From the NCBI GenBank assembly GCA_963662285.2, contig CAXXMV010000003.1:288001-352000 (forward strand): DNA of 64,000 nucleotides, in the 5' to 3' direction. A program made the position numbers and the translations under genes. The notes below the pieces were generated by a model. It saw only the letters and a program-made list of their open reading frames with translations, was not told the DNA's origin and did no database searches. The stretch's first letter is position 1. The number at the start of each line of letters is the position of its first letter. This document shows, piece after piece, positions 19,800 to 30,084 of this stretch. This stretch comes from a bacterium. Lineage in GTDB: Bacteria > Hinthialibacterota > Hinthialibacteria > Hinthialibacterales > Hinthialibacteraceae.

Positions 19800-21236
19800 C
19801 TAATCACGCTCAATAGTCTTCGCAAATTCGATGGCGTCATTAAGTCGTTGCGCCACTTTCTCGTTGCCTAACAGGCCGATTACGTCGAAGATCGGAGGGC
19901 TGACATTCGACCCGGTCAACGCCAATCTGACGGCTTGGGCGAAAAGCCGCATTTTGATATCTCGTTTTTCCATTATTTCTTTAAATGCGTTTTCCCAATC
20001 CTCATGAGAGAGTGTCTCCCCTGAATGATCTGCCGTAAATGATGATAAATCAGCGACCGCAGTCATAACTTCGGGCTTAAAAGCTTTACGGGATTCTTTC
20101 TCAGGGTAAACATATTCGTCTTGATAAACAAAAGCGATTTTCTCATATATTTCATCCAGCGTACGAACCCGTTCACGGGTGCAGCTGGCGATCTGGTTTA
20201 CAAATTCAACATCCTGACATTGATCCCGGGTAAGAATGCCCTTTGCTAAGGCGAATTCTACGAAACGGCGCCCAAGTTCTTCAACAGGAAGCAGTTTGAT
20301 ATGTTCGCCGTTGATCCATTCCAGTTTCTGTGGATCGAAAACGGCGGCTGATTTATTACAGGCGTCAAGCGAAAATAGTTCCACCAGTTCTTGTTTAGAG
20401 AATAATTCCTGATCTCCATGTCCCCATCCCAACCGCGCCAGATAGTTCATTATCGCTTCTGGCAGATAACCTTGCTCGCGGTACTCCATAACGCCAGTAG
20501 CGCCATGCCGTTTTGAAAGACGGGCTTTATCCTGACCTAGAATTTGGGGGAGATGAGCAAAAATTGGTAGATCATATCCAAGTGACTGATAAATCTGTAC
20601 TTGTTTGATGGTATTATTGAGGTGATCGTCGCCGCGTATGACATGGGTGATCTTCATATCATGGTCATCCACCACAACCGCGAAATTATAGATTGGCGTT
20701 CCATCGCTGCGAACCAGGATTATATCGTCAATTTCCCGGTTGGAAATTTCGACGTCACCACGGATTGGATCATTAATTTTGGTGCAGCCATCTTGAGGAG
20801 TCTTGAGCCTTACGCAGTAAGGCGTTCCATCATCCGCATGACCTGCGTCACGGCAGCAACCGTCATACATGGCAGTTTTCCCGGCATCCTGCTGTTCCTG
20901 GCGCAGAGCATCAAGTCTTTCAGGAGTGCAGCGGCAGCGGTAAGCCAAACCGGCATCAAGTAGACGAAGCGCCTCTTCTTTATGGCGTTCGATCCTCTGG
21001 CTTTGATAGACCGGCTCTTCATCCCATTCCATGCCCATCCAGCGCAGACTGTCAAGAATTGCGGTTTCGTACTCTTTTTTAGATCGTTCTTTATCGGTAT
21101 CTTCGATGCGAAGCAGGAATTGTCCGCCATTATGACGCGCTAAAAGATAGTTATAGAGAGCAGTACGGAAATTGCCAACATGAGGATTTCCGGTTGGACT
21201 GGGCGCGAAACGGACGCGAAATGAATCTGATGCCAT
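19800..21236 (-). CDS. gltX: Glutamate--tRNA ligase
   Basis: RFAPSPTGNPHVG, LRIEDTD, IRGDDHL, LSKR. Confidence 0.97.
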   Translation of the reverse strand: MASDSFRVRFAPSPTGNPHVGNFRTALYNYLLARHNGGQFLLRIEDTDKERSKKEYETAILDSLRWMGMEWDEEPVYQSQRIERHKEEALRLLDAGLAYRCRCTPERLDALRQEQQDAGKTAMYDGCCRDAGHADDGTPYCVRLKTPQDGCTKINDPIRGDVEISNREIDDIILVRSDGTPIYNFAVVVDDHDMKITHVIRGDDHLNNTIKQVQIYQSLGYDLPIFAHLPQILGQDKARLSKRHGATGVMEYREQGYLPEAIMNYLARLGWGHGDQELFSKQELVELFSLDACNKSAAVFDPQKLEWINGEHIKLLPVEELGRRFVEFALAKGILTRDQCQDVEFVNQIASCTRERVRTLDEIYEKIAFVYQDEYVYPEKESRKAFKPEVMTAVADLSSFTADHSGETLSHEDWENAFKEIMEKRDIKMRLFAQAVRLALTGSNVSPPIFDVIGLLGNEKVAQRLNDAIEFAKTIERD

Positions 21237-21398
21237 AATATAAAGACCTACTTTCGTATTATCGAATAATCAAATTACCTCTCCCTCAAGGGTTAGAGTG
21301 AGGGCGAAGTGCGTTATTTGAAATGCATATTCTGAAAGTTTATTGCCGGAAGGACGTTTCACAAAGTGGTTTTGGATTAAATAAGGTAAATGAAAGAA

Positions 21399-21433
21399 GA
21401 AATCCCTTCTTCTGTAGTAGAAGAAGGGATTTT
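21399..21433. terminator. Hairpin, possible terminator of the aminotransferase gene
   Basis: AAATCCCTTCTTCT-GTAGT-AGAAGAAGGGATTT inverted repeat. Confidence 0.5.
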
Positions 21434-21490
21434 CAATCATTCGGGTTAATAGTATATCCTGTTGGTTTTGTTAAGCAGTTTTTCTCATTT

Positions 21491-21524
21491 CCCCTCACCC
21501 TAGCCCTCTACCGGCGGGAGAGGG
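21491..21524. repeat. CCCTCACCC-type hairpin repeat
   Basis: CCCCTCACCCTAGCCCTCTACCGGCGGGAGAGGG; related copy at 47189-47222 and degenerate inverse copy near 21278-21304. Confidence 0.6.
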
Positions 21525-21543
21525 AACTGGATTTCCTAAATTA

Positions 21544-22887
21544 CTAAATCAACGATTTAACATTTTTGTGAACTTTGCGCACCGCTTCGGCGATTTGATC
21601 CATGTCGTTGCGCGTTCCCAGCATCATGTTTTGGAAGAACCAGAGCGCTTCTTCTGTGCATAAACGGTCATTGGCGGGACATTGGTTTTCTTGCAAGTAT
21701 TTATCGATTATTTCTTTGCTATAAACCTTAGCAAAGGGTTCTGAACGTAGAGTTTTCTCTACAAAAGGTTCTTTGTTTAATGGAGTATATCCACTGGCGC
21801 ATGGAATGCCTTCAGCTCTTATTGCTTCAATTACTTTGCCACGGGAGGCGCCGCCGAATTTATCTTTATCGTAACGCATCATATAGAGGTGATATGCGTT
21901 GCGGGTGCAGCCCTTGTACATCTTAGCTGGAGTGATACCTGGAATCTCATCCAATTGTTTCGATAGATAATCGGCGTTATCTTCACGGGTTTTGGCGAAT
22001 TCATCTAATCTGCCTAATTGTTTAAGTAAAAGCACTCCCTGAAATTCTGTCATACGCAGATTGGCGCCGTTGTTGGCATATTGAAAACCATAGGTATTGG
22101 TACGTTCGCGGCCATTGGATTGGAATGAGAAGATACGATCCATTAATTTTGTGTTATTGCTGATAATAGCGCCGCCATCTCCAGAACTCAGGTTCTTGGT
22201 AACCTGGAAACTAAAACATCCAACATCGCCGACTGAACCGGACTTCTTGCCTTGCCATTCGCCCATGTGCGCCTGACAAGCGTCTTCAATCACATGTAGG
22301 TTATGTTTCTTGGCGATAGACATGATTTTGTCCATATCGCACATATTGCCGCCCAGGTGTACGGGGATGATAGCGCGGGTTTTATCGGTTATTTTCTCTT
22401 CGATCTTGCTGGCGTCCATCTGAAATGTTGCTGGATCAGTGTCGACGAAAACGGGCAGGGCATGCTGTAAAAATACGACATTAACCGTGGCTACAAAGGT
22501 ATAAGGCGGAACAAGCACTTCGTCTCCAGGTCCAATACTGAGACCGTTTAATGATCCAAACAGGGCGCTGGTTCCACTATTGGTTGCGATGCAATCTGTG
22601 ACGCCCATTAGTTTTGCGTAATCGGCTTCAAAGGTTTTGACCTTGTCACCATTCAAACGGCACCAGCCGCGATCATGCAAGACATCCAACCATACTTTAT
22701 CGTAACTTTCGTCGATTTGAGGCCAGGATAGGAATCCATCGGTACGAACCGGTTTGCCGCCCTGAACCGCCAGTTTACTGGATTGTCCAATTGTTTCTGA
22801 CGCTAAAGCCGGTACAGCAAAGGAAGCTAATCCCGCTGTTGCTGTTGTTTTCAAAAAACTTCTACGTTTCAAACTTGTGTTATTCAT
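21544..22887 (-). CDS. DegT/DnrJ/EryC1/StrS PLP-dependent aminotransferase with Tat-like signal
   Basis: NSGTSAL, IEDACQAH, FSFQVTKNLSSGDGG (catalytic Lys); N-terminal KRRSFLK plus hydrophobic region and ALA. Confidence 0.9.
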   Translation of the reverse strand: MNNTSLKRRSFLKTTATAGLASFAVPALASETIGQSSKLAVQGGKPVRTDGFLSWPQIDESYDKVWLDVLHDRGWCRLNGDKVKTFEADYAKLMGVTDCIATNSGTSALFGSLNGLSIGPGDEVLVPPYTFVATVNVVFLQHALPVFVDTDPATFQMDASKIEEKITDKTRAIIPVHLGGNMCDMDKIMSIAKKHNLHVIEDACQAHMGEWQGKKSGSVGDVGCFSFQVTKNLSSGDGGAIISNNTKLMDRIFSFQSNGRERTNTYGFQYANNGANLRMTEFQGVLLLKQLGRLDEFAKTREDNADYLSKQLDEIPGITPAKMYKGCTRNAYHLYMMRYDKDKFGGASRGKVIEAIRAEGIPCASGYTPLNKEPFVEKTLRSEPFAKVYSKEIIDKYLQENQCPANDRLCTEEALWFFQNMMLGTRNDMDQIAEAVRKVHKNVKSLI

Positions 22888-23116
22888 TATTTATCCCTCC
22901 AAAATTGAACATTTATTTAACCAAATTGTTTTATCGGGCAATGTTATTAAGTTAAGGTATTTCATCCAATCTATGGTGGTTTGATCAAGGGCTGACCGCA
23001 TTGCGGTTTTACCTTTGCCACTCATCGCGCCCAACTTAGCGATGGTATATGGATTAGAATAATATAGAATATCAAAAAAATGTATAATTAGCCAGATGAG
23101 AGTTTCATTTAAAAAA

Positions 23117-23150
23117 AATAACGCCCGGAATAATTATTTCGGGCGTTATT
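23117..23150 (-). terminator. Intrinsic terminator of the flavin reductase gene
   Basis: AATAACGCCCG...CGGGCGTTATT stem with a poly-T tail on the minus strand. Confidence 0.75.
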
Positions 23151-23172
23151 TGATATGCGGCTAAAACTTGAT

Positions 23173-23739
23173 TTAATCTTGTTTTCCTATAGAAAAAGCT
23201 TTACCGAGGCAATCACCGATTTTATAATAGGCCTGGTTGCCTGGAGCATAAAGCAATGGGCGGACTTTTTCTATATCAGTTACGCCAAATTCGTTGACCA
23301 CATCATTTTCAGCTTTAACATCCATGATCTCGCCTACGAATTGAGTATGCAAACCAATTTTTAATATGTGGATGACTTTACATTCCAAAACCATGGGACA
23401 TTGGTCGAAATAGGGTGCATTGACCAATTCGCTCTTTACGGCTGTAAGACCTGACTCTTCATACTTATTTACGTTAGGTCCAGACGCCATGCCGGAAAAA
23501 TCAACTTCTTTAACCAAATCCTCAGAAGGAATATTCACAGTAAATGCCTGGTTCTTTTGAATGCATTCGTAAGTATAAGTCTCTTCTCTGATGGATATGG
23601 CCACGCATGGCGGTTGGCTGCAGCAGATGCCTCCCCATGCTACGGTCATAACATGGGGATTGGCGTTTTTATCGTAAGTTCCAACTAAAAAAACAGGAGT
23701 TGGATACACAACATTTTTGGGTCCAAGCGATTGTTTCAT
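23173..23739 (-). CDS. Flavin reductase family protein (flavoredoxin-like)
   Basis: YPTPVFLVGTYD, MTVAWGG, FTVNIPS, GLHTQFVGEI. Confidence 0.9.
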   Translation of the reverse strand: MKQSLGPKNVVYPTPVFLVGTYDKNANPHVMTVAWGGICCSQPPCVAISIREETYTYECIQKNQAFTVNIPSEDLVKEVDFSGMASGPNVNKYEESGLTAVKSELVNAPYFDQCPMVLECKVIHILKIGLHTQFVGEIMDVKAENDVVNEFGVTDIEKVRPLLYAPGNQAYYKIGDCLGKAFSIGKQD

Positions 23740-23829
23740 TGTTTTGATTACTTTCCAAAGCAGTTATTTTAAGAATAGAGAAATAATCTATTCTTTCTCA
23801 AAGCCATACATCGCCGGACGACATAGAGT

Positions 23830-25593
23830 CTATCCTGTGAAATATAGATAAGCAGCAAGAATTATAACCAATAACAGAACTGAAGCAAATATATCCTTCC
23901 AGTCCCAACTGCTGCGTGATTCGCGCCGGTGTTCGTCGCTGATAGTTGCAAAGGTCAATCCGCTCAGTTTGGCCGGATCAGGCGCTGGAGTCATGTAACT
24001 GACGGCTATCATTATAACCACGCAGAACAGGAATATCATCAAACTATAGTATTGGAAATACATATTATTGATGATCCACAGATATGATCCTTCAGTATAT
24101 CCATTTTCAAAACCGGCTAATTTGAGAGAAACAGGAGTATCGATGGCTAGTCGGGTGATGCCAAGAATAAATCCACCGATCAGAGCGGCTAAACATCCTG
24201 CGCCATTGACTCTCTTCATGAATACGCCCAGGAAGAAGACCACGAAGATTGGAGGGGCTATGTAGCCTTGCACGCCTTGCAGGTAATCATATAAACCCCG
24301 TGCGCCTTGAATAACCGGAACCCAGCACAATCCTACGACAACCATAGCCAAGGTGGCCAGACGACCAATCCAAACTAATTGTTGTTGAGTGGCTTTAGGT
24401 CGGAACTTGGAGTATAAGTCCATGGTAAAGAGCGTCGAGGAAGCGTTGAAGACTCCCGCCAGCGAGCTCATCAAAGCGGCCAACAAACCAGCCACTACCA
24501 GCCCGCGTACGCCTACTGGCAATACATGTTTGACCATTAACGGAAAAGCTGCCTGACATTTGTCTGAATCCAAAACGCCGGAAGTGTATATTTCATTAGC
24601 CAATATAGGCGATTTGCCGCTCTGGGCCAGGGCGAAGCATATCATACCGGGGATGATGAAAATAAAAACTGGCAGCAGTTTCAGGAAAGCAGCGGCAATA
24701 CTGCCGCGCCGCGCTTCTTGTTCGTTAGGGGCGCCCAGGGTTCGCTGAACGATGTACTGGTCGGTGCACCAGTACCATAAACCAATAATGGGAGCGCAAA
24801 ACAACATGCCCAACCAGGGATAATTATTATTAAAGTACCATGCCATGCGGCCAGTCTCTTTGACCGGCTGCCAAGTGCTTTCCATACCTTCTGGAATCAG
24901 GGGTTTCCATAGGTTGAACATCTCTGTACCGCAGAATGAGCGCAGTTCGCCCCATCCTCCCAAAGCTTTCAAGCCAAAATAGGTCACCAGGACGGAACCA
25001 AGCACCAGAACCACAGTCTGCAAGGCTTCGGTGTAAGCCACCGCCCGCATACCACCCAGGATGGTGTAAAGTCCCGTCAGGATGATGACAGCAAATGATC
25101 CGATCCAGAAACTATCCAATACCACAAAGCCTATATCTAACTGGACGTCGGGCAGCAGGGTGCGGAACACGATTCCGCCCGCAAAGATGCCCACTGCTAC
25201 TTTGGTCAGTACATAGGCCACTAGTGATATGATGGATAGAATCCAGCGGGCAGTTTCATTGTATCGTTTCTCCAGAAACTCAGGCATGGTGAAGACCTTG
25301 GAACGGGCGTAAAAAGGCACGAAAACCCATCCCAACACCAGAAGGCACCATGCGTGCAGTTCGTAATGAGCCATAGCCACGCCGTCGGTGCAGCCCGAAC
25401 CAGCCAAGCCGACCAGATGCTCTGAACCGATGTTGGAAGCGAAAATCGACGCTCCAACAATAAACCACCCCAAATTTCTTCCAGCCAGGAAATAATCATC
25501 GGTTGTACTTTTGCTTTTTAGAATAACCCACCAGGCCAAGCCAAAAAGCAGCAGGAAGTATCCCGCTATCATAATCCAATCAAGTAGTTGCAT
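23830..25593 (-). CDS. Sodium:solute symporter (SGLT-like sugar transporter)
   Basis: DYFLAGR, ASNIGSEHLVGLAG, TMPEFLEKRY, WYWCTDQYIVQR, LAALMSSL. Confidence 0.93.
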   Translation of the reverse strand: MQLLDWIMIAGYFLLLFGLAWWVILKSKSTTDDYFLAGRNLGWFIVGASIFASNIGSEHLVGLAGSGCTDGVAMAHYELHAWCLLVLGWVFVPFYARSKVFTMPEFLEKRYNETARWILSIISLVAYVLTKVAVGIFAGGIVFRTLLPDVQLDIGFVVLDSFWIGSFAVIILTGLYTILGGMRAVAYTEALQTVVLVLGSVLVTYFGLKALGGWGELRSFCGTEMFNLWKPLIPEGMESTWQPVKETGRMAWYFNNNYPWLGMLFCAPIIGLWYWCTDQYIVQRTLGAPNEQEARRGSIAAAFLKLLPVFIFIIPGMICFALAQSGKSPILANEIYTSGVLDSDKCQAAFPLMVKHVLPVGVRGLVVAGLLAALMSSLAGVFNASSTLFTMDLYSKFRPKATQQQLVWIGRLATLAMVVVGLCWVPVIQGARGLYDYLQGVQGYIAPPIFVVFFLGVFMKRVNGAGCLAALIGGFILGITRLAIDTPVSLKLAGFENGYTEGSYLWIINNMYFQYYSLMIFLFCVVIMIAVSYMTPAPDPAKLSGLTFATISDEHRRESRSSWDWKDIFASVLLLVIILAAYLYFTG

Positions 25594-25923
25594 TGCTCCC
25601 GCCTTTCGATATCACGATAAGTTAATAAAAATCATGTAATTGCCGCAGTGATATGCGCGTTTATAGATTTGTTTTGTCTAAAATTCGATAATTTCCGCAA
25701 TTTAGGATACCCAAATCAACGCATTTTACATGGACAATCGTTCTAGAATAATCAAATTTGTCTAGTTTCTGCAAGTGCTTTCGGTTCATTATTGTTAGAT
25801 TCAACAGAGAAAAATTTTCTGCTCTTCTTCTATTTATGAGATTTTTTTGACATAATCGTAATCTGTTGCTGTTCTAATATATTTAATCGCTACCAATAGC
25901 ATCGACAGAAATAGGAGAATTGA

Positions 25924-27546
25924 ATGTCTATAACTGGATTGGATTATGCTGTATTTCTTGGATATTTCTTTGTCGTTATATCCATCGCTCTCTGGGTTTC
26001 CCGCAAGCCGAAAGGTGAGGAACGAACCTCAGAGGATTTCTTTCTCGCGGGACGCGCTCTACCCTGGTGGATCATTGGAACCTCGCTAATCGCTTCCAAT
26101 ATCTCCGCTGAACAGATGATCGGTATGACTGGTTCGGCTTTTGCGGGAGGGTTGGCAGTCGTGTCATACGAATGGATGGCCGCTGTAACCCTGTTGATTG
26201 TGGCCAAATGGATGCTGCCCGTCTTCTTGAAAATGAAGATATACAGTATGCCGCAGTATCTGGAAGAACGTTTTGACAAACGGGTCAGTATGAGTTTGGG
26301 GCTATTTTGGCTGTTGGTCTGGGTATTCGTTAACCTTACATCAATTTCCTACCTGGGCGCTTTGACGCTCAATAACCTGATCGGCGCTGATTTCCTGGCG
26401 TTGACTGGAGTACAGTATCAATTATGGCACGGCGTGGTAGGACTCTTCCTGATTTCTTTCATTTATACCTTAACCGGCGGTTTAACGGCGGTAGCCTGGA
26501 CCGACATTATTCAGGTTGCGGTTCTGTTTATCGGTGGTCTGGCTGTGACATACTTTGGCCTGAGCGCCATGAGCGATGGCGGCGGTCTGGTAGCCGGATT
26601 CAACGCTTTATGGCAACAAACGCCTGATCATTTTCATACTGTGATGTCATGGGATCATAAAGAATATCCCTGGATCGGCATCTTTTTCGGCGGCATGTGG
26701 GCGGCTAATTTGGGTTACTGGGGCTGCAATCAGTATATTATCCAGCGCGCCCTGGCAGGTAAGAATATCAAGGAAGCCCAATATGGTCTGGTCTTCGCAG
26801 CTTTCCTGAAAGTTATCGTTCCCATCGTTGTATTGCTGCCGGGCATCGTGGCTTTCGCCATGTTCAAAGACATTATTAGCAAACCCGACGAAGCTTATTC
26901 CATCCTGATTAGTAAGTTAGTTCCTGCCGGATTCATCGGTTTGATCGTAGCCGCTATCGTCGCCGCCATCATCTCTTCACTTAATTCGATGGTCAACAGC
27001 ATCGCCACTGTCTTTACTATGGATATTTACCGAAAGATCAAACCACATTCTTCGGAAAGTATGCTAGTCCGCATTGGTCGCATAACTTCGGTGGTTGTAG
27101 TATGCATCGCCGCTTGCATCGCACCCTATTTTGAGAACCTGGATCAGGTTTTCCAATATATTCAGGAATACACCGGTATGGTCACGCCGGGCGTTGTAGC
27201 GATCTTCTTCTTTGGTCTATTCTGGAAAAGAGCAACTTCGACGGCTGCGTTGTGTATGGCGATTCTGACAATTCCGATTTCGGCTGCATTAAAATTCCTG
27301 CCTCCTTATCTGAATGTTGAATCATTATTATTCCGTTTCTTGAATCCATTCATGAATCAGATGGGCGTAGCCACGGTTATTATATTGATTTTGGGATATA
27401 TCATCTCCATGTCAACCGAACACAAACCTCATGAATCATACGATAAGATGGAGGAGAGCGTCTCCTACAGAACATCTATGCTGTTCAATGTATACGCAAC
27501 TCTCATACTGGGCGTATTAGCCGCCTTGTATATCATATTCTTCTAG
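25924..27546 (+). CDS. Sodium:solute symporter (vSGLT-like sodium/glucose cotransporter)
   Basis: DFFLAGR, ASNISAEQMIG, YWGCNQYIIQRALA, FQYIQEYTG. Confidence 0.93.
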   Translation: MSITGLDYAVFLGYFFVVISIALWVSRKPKGEERTSEDFFLAGRALPWWIIGTSLIASNISAEQMIGMTGSAFAGGLAVVSYEWMAAVTLLIVAKWMLPVFLKMKIYSMPQYLEERFDKRVSMSLGLFWLLVWVFVNLTSISYLGALTLNNLIGADFLALTGVQYQLWHGVVGLFLISFIYTLTGGLTAVAWTDIIQVAVLFIGGLAVTYFGLSAMSDGGGLVAGFNALWQQTPDHFHTVMSWDHKEYPWIGIFFGGMWAANLGYWGCNQYIIQRALAGKNIKEAQYGLVFAAFLKVIVPIVVLLPGIVAFAMFKDIISKPDEAYSILISKLVPAGFIGLIVAAIVAAIISSLNSMVNSIATVFTMDIYRKIKPHSSESMLVRIGRITSVVVVCIAACIAPYFENLDQVFQYIQEYTGMVTPGVVAIFFFGLFWKRATSTAALCMAILTIPISAALKFLPPYLNVESLLFRFLNPFMNQMGVATVIILILGYIISMSTEHKPHESYDKMEESVSYRTSMLFNVYATLILGVLAALYIIFF

Positions 27547-27582
27547 AATGACATAGTAGTTGAGTATTATACGTAGATTAAT

Positions 27583-27617
27583 AAAGCCCCGTGGATGTGT
27601 ATTCACGGGGCTTTTTA
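27583..27617 (+). terminator. Intrinsic terminator
   Basis: AAAGCCCCGTG-loop-CACGGGGCTTTTT. Confidence 0.8.
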
Positions 27618-27664
27618 TATATGGCAGAGCAATTATACGAGCGAGCCGGGCGCTGATTAAAAAA

Positions 27665-27752
27665 TGTCTGAATCTGGATACCCCGGATTAGCAGGATACT
27701 CAGGCTTTTTCATCATGAGCATCGTTTCATCCTGGGTATCATGATTCAGATA
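27665..27752. repeat. Long imperfect inverted repeat (TCTGAATC...GATTCAGA type)
   Basis: TCTGAATCTGGATACCCCGGAT ... ATCCTGGGTATCATGATTCAGA. Confidence 0.55.
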
Positions 27753-28024
27753 AAAATTACTCTAAATACATGTAAATCTAATATATTCAATAAGTAAAAT
27801 GACATAAATCAAGAATATTGTATAATTATTCGCCCGAATCACCCAATGACTTTTATTGAATAATCATGATTGTAATCAATTTTTTCAATGAAACAGGTTG
27901 ACTAAGTACGACTATTTATGGAAGAATCCTTATATAGATTATTTACAAAAAGATTCTGTTGCGTCTTCAGTAATAAATCTCGTACATAATGTTTTATCAA
28001 AGCAATATTTTATGGAGGTATAGA

Positions 28025-29401
28025 ATGGAAAAGCTTGATCAAAAATCCGCATTGAATAGCCGAACCAGCCGCCGGTCGTTTTTACAAACAACCGCTGTTG
28101 TAGGAGCCGCCGTAACTGCTCCAATGTTTATTCCCGCCAAGACATTGGGGAGAGGTAATGCGACAGGACCGAATGACAAAATCATTTTGGGTGGTATAGG
28201 CATAGGTGGTCGTGGATCGTACGATTTAAAAAATTTCATACTTGAAGAAGATGTGCATTTTGTAGCGACTTGCGACCCGCAAAGAGCGAGAGCCCAAAAA
28301 GTCAAAGAATTCGTTGACGAACGTTACGGTAATAATGACGTAAAAGTTTACCATAACATGTTCGAATTTTTAGAACAACGCACGGATGTCGATGTAGTTC
28401 TCAGTACAACGGGCGACCGTTGGCATGCGACCGCCGCCGTTCATGCTATGCGCGCCGGAAAAGATATCTATTCTGAAAAGCCATCTTCGATGACTGTTGC
28501 TGAAGGACAAGCAGTTGTAGAAACCGCGAAACAGTATGGCCGAATTTATCAAACGGGAGCGCAACGTTTGAGTGAAGCGCCTTTCACGTTCTGCAACGAA
28601 ATGCTGAGACTGGGCCGCTTGGGAGAAATCAAAGAAGTCCGCGCTCATATCGCACCCTGGAATCCAGCCAAAATGCGTCATGACTGGCTGCCGGAAGAAA
28701 AAATGCCAGCCATAGAAGAATGCGATTGGGATCACTGGTTGGGACCCTGCCCGTGGAGACCCTACAATAGTAGTTATGTAAAAGGTGGTTGGCGTGGATT
28801 CTATGATTATCACACCAGCTGCATTGGTGAATGGGGCGCCCATACTTTCCCTCAATGCCAGGTGGCATTGGGTCTGGGTGAGACGTCAGGTTGTGAATAT
28901 ACCTATGTTGATAATGATTCAGGCGATCAAATGCCTATTAAGTTTGAAAACGGAATGACCATGATCCTGGAACGTGAAAACATCTATCCAGAAGACGCCA
29001 AACTGAAATACTTCCGTAAAGGCGGCTCTTGCGCCGTACATTTCCTGGGTACTGATGGCTGGGTTGCTTGCGGCGATGGCTATGAGCGTCCTGATGTATC
29101 CGATCCAAAAATGTTGGATGACTATGACAAAATAGTTGATGCATATATTGAACGTACAGGTCGGCCGGTTCGCGGCTCAATGCGTCATATACGTAATTTA
29201 TTGGATTGCGTTAAAAACCGGAAGAAAACGGTTGCCAACGAAGTTGTCATGCATCGAACCATGACAACAGTTCACGCTGCGAATATTTGCATGTGGCTAG
29301 GCCGGGATCTGAAATTTGATCCTAAAACTGAACGCTTCGTGAATGATGATGAAGCTAACCGCTATCTCGCCAGAGCGCAAAGAACGCCTTGGGCTATGTA
29401 A
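28025..29401 (+). CDS. Gfo/Idh/MocA family oxidoreductase with Tat signal
   Basis: SRRSFLQ, GIGIGGRG, GKDIYSEKP, YQTGAQR, WDHWLGP; GGAGG RBS before ATG 28025. Confidence 0.92.
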   Translation: MEKLDQKSALNSRTSRRSFLQTTAVVGAAVTAPMFIPAKTLGRGNATGPNDKIILGGIGIGGRGSYDLKNFILEEDVHFVATCDPQRARAQKVKEFVDERYGNNDVKVYHNMFEFLEQRTDVDVVLSTTGDRWHATAAVHAMRAGKDIYSEKPSSMTVAEGQAVVETAKQYGRIYQTGAQRLSEAPFTFCNEMLRLGRLGEIKEVRAHIAPWNPAKMRHDWLPEEKMPAIEECDWDHWLGPCPWRPYNSSYVKGGWRGFYDYHTSCIGEWGAHTFPQCQVALGLGETSGCEYTYVDNDSGDQMPIKFENGMTMILERENIYPEDAKLKYFRKGGSCAVHFLGTDGWVACGDGYERPDVSDPKMLDDYDKIVDAYIERTGRPVRGSMRHIRNLLDCVKNRKKTVANEVVMHRTMTTVHAANICMWLGRDLKFDPKTERFVNDDEANRYLARAQRTPWAM

Positions 29402-29420
29402 GTGAAAGGAGATCAAACGA

Positions 29421-29999
29421 ATGTTAGAAGATAAACTTATAGAAACAATCCAAGACGAGAAGGCTGAGTTTTTTGACCGCATGGACGCCTGTCGTCAATT
29501 GGGAACTATTGGAAGCAAAAAATCCATCAAACCACTGGCCTCTTTATTGCATGGAGACGAAAGATTGGCTCACATGGCGCGTTATGGATTAGAAACTAAT
29601 CCAGATCCATCTGTGGATAAAGTTCTTCGTATAGCAATGGAAGGAGCGGAAGGCAGAAACCTGATGGGAATTATGCTTTCCTTGGGCCAACGCCGCGACA
29701 ATAAATCTGTTGATCTAATCGCTCAACATTTAGGCAGTCAAGATAAAGAGATTTCTGGATTTGCGGCCAAAGCGTTAGGTCAAATTGGAACCAAAGATGC
29801 ATTCAATGCGCTTCGCAGCGTTTTCCGCGACGGTGGAATCGAGGATCGCGCAGGATTATATGAAGGCATCCTTCGTTGCGCAAACCGGTTCGAAAAAACT
29901 GACAAAGAAGCCGCCTTGCAAATTTATGAAAATTTACAAAAAGGCAACGCACCAGATTATGTAAAGTTTGGAGCCAAAGCAGGCGCTAAACGCGTGTAA
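29421..29999 (+). CDS. HEAT-repeat (PBS-lyase-like) protein
   Basis: ACRQLGTIG, MARYGLE, LGQRRD, AAKALGQIG; in operon with the Gfo/Idh/MocA gene. Confidence 0.8.
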   Translation: MLEDKLIETIQDEKAEFFDRMDACRQLGTIGSKKSIKPLASLLHGDERLAHMARYGLETNPDPSVDKVLRIAMEGAEGRNLMGIMLSLGQRRDNKSVDLIAQHLGSQDKEISGFAAKALGQIGTKDAFNALRSVFRDGGIEDRAGLYEGILRCANRFEKTDKEAALQIYENLQKGNAPDYVKFGAKAGAKRV

Positions 30000-30038
30000 T
30001 GACTTAGAGTATCAAGCATAAGTAAGCATAATAATAAC

Positions 30039-30071
30039 ATAGGGTGGGTCGCGTTCTTTGACCCACCCTAT
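30039..30071. terminator. REP-derived hairpin between convergent genes (bidirectional terminator-like)
   Basis: ATAGGGTGGGTC-GCGTTCTTT-GACCCACCCTAT; same family as 19757-19786. Confidence 0.65.
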
Positions 30072-30084
30072 TATTTTCATCTCT

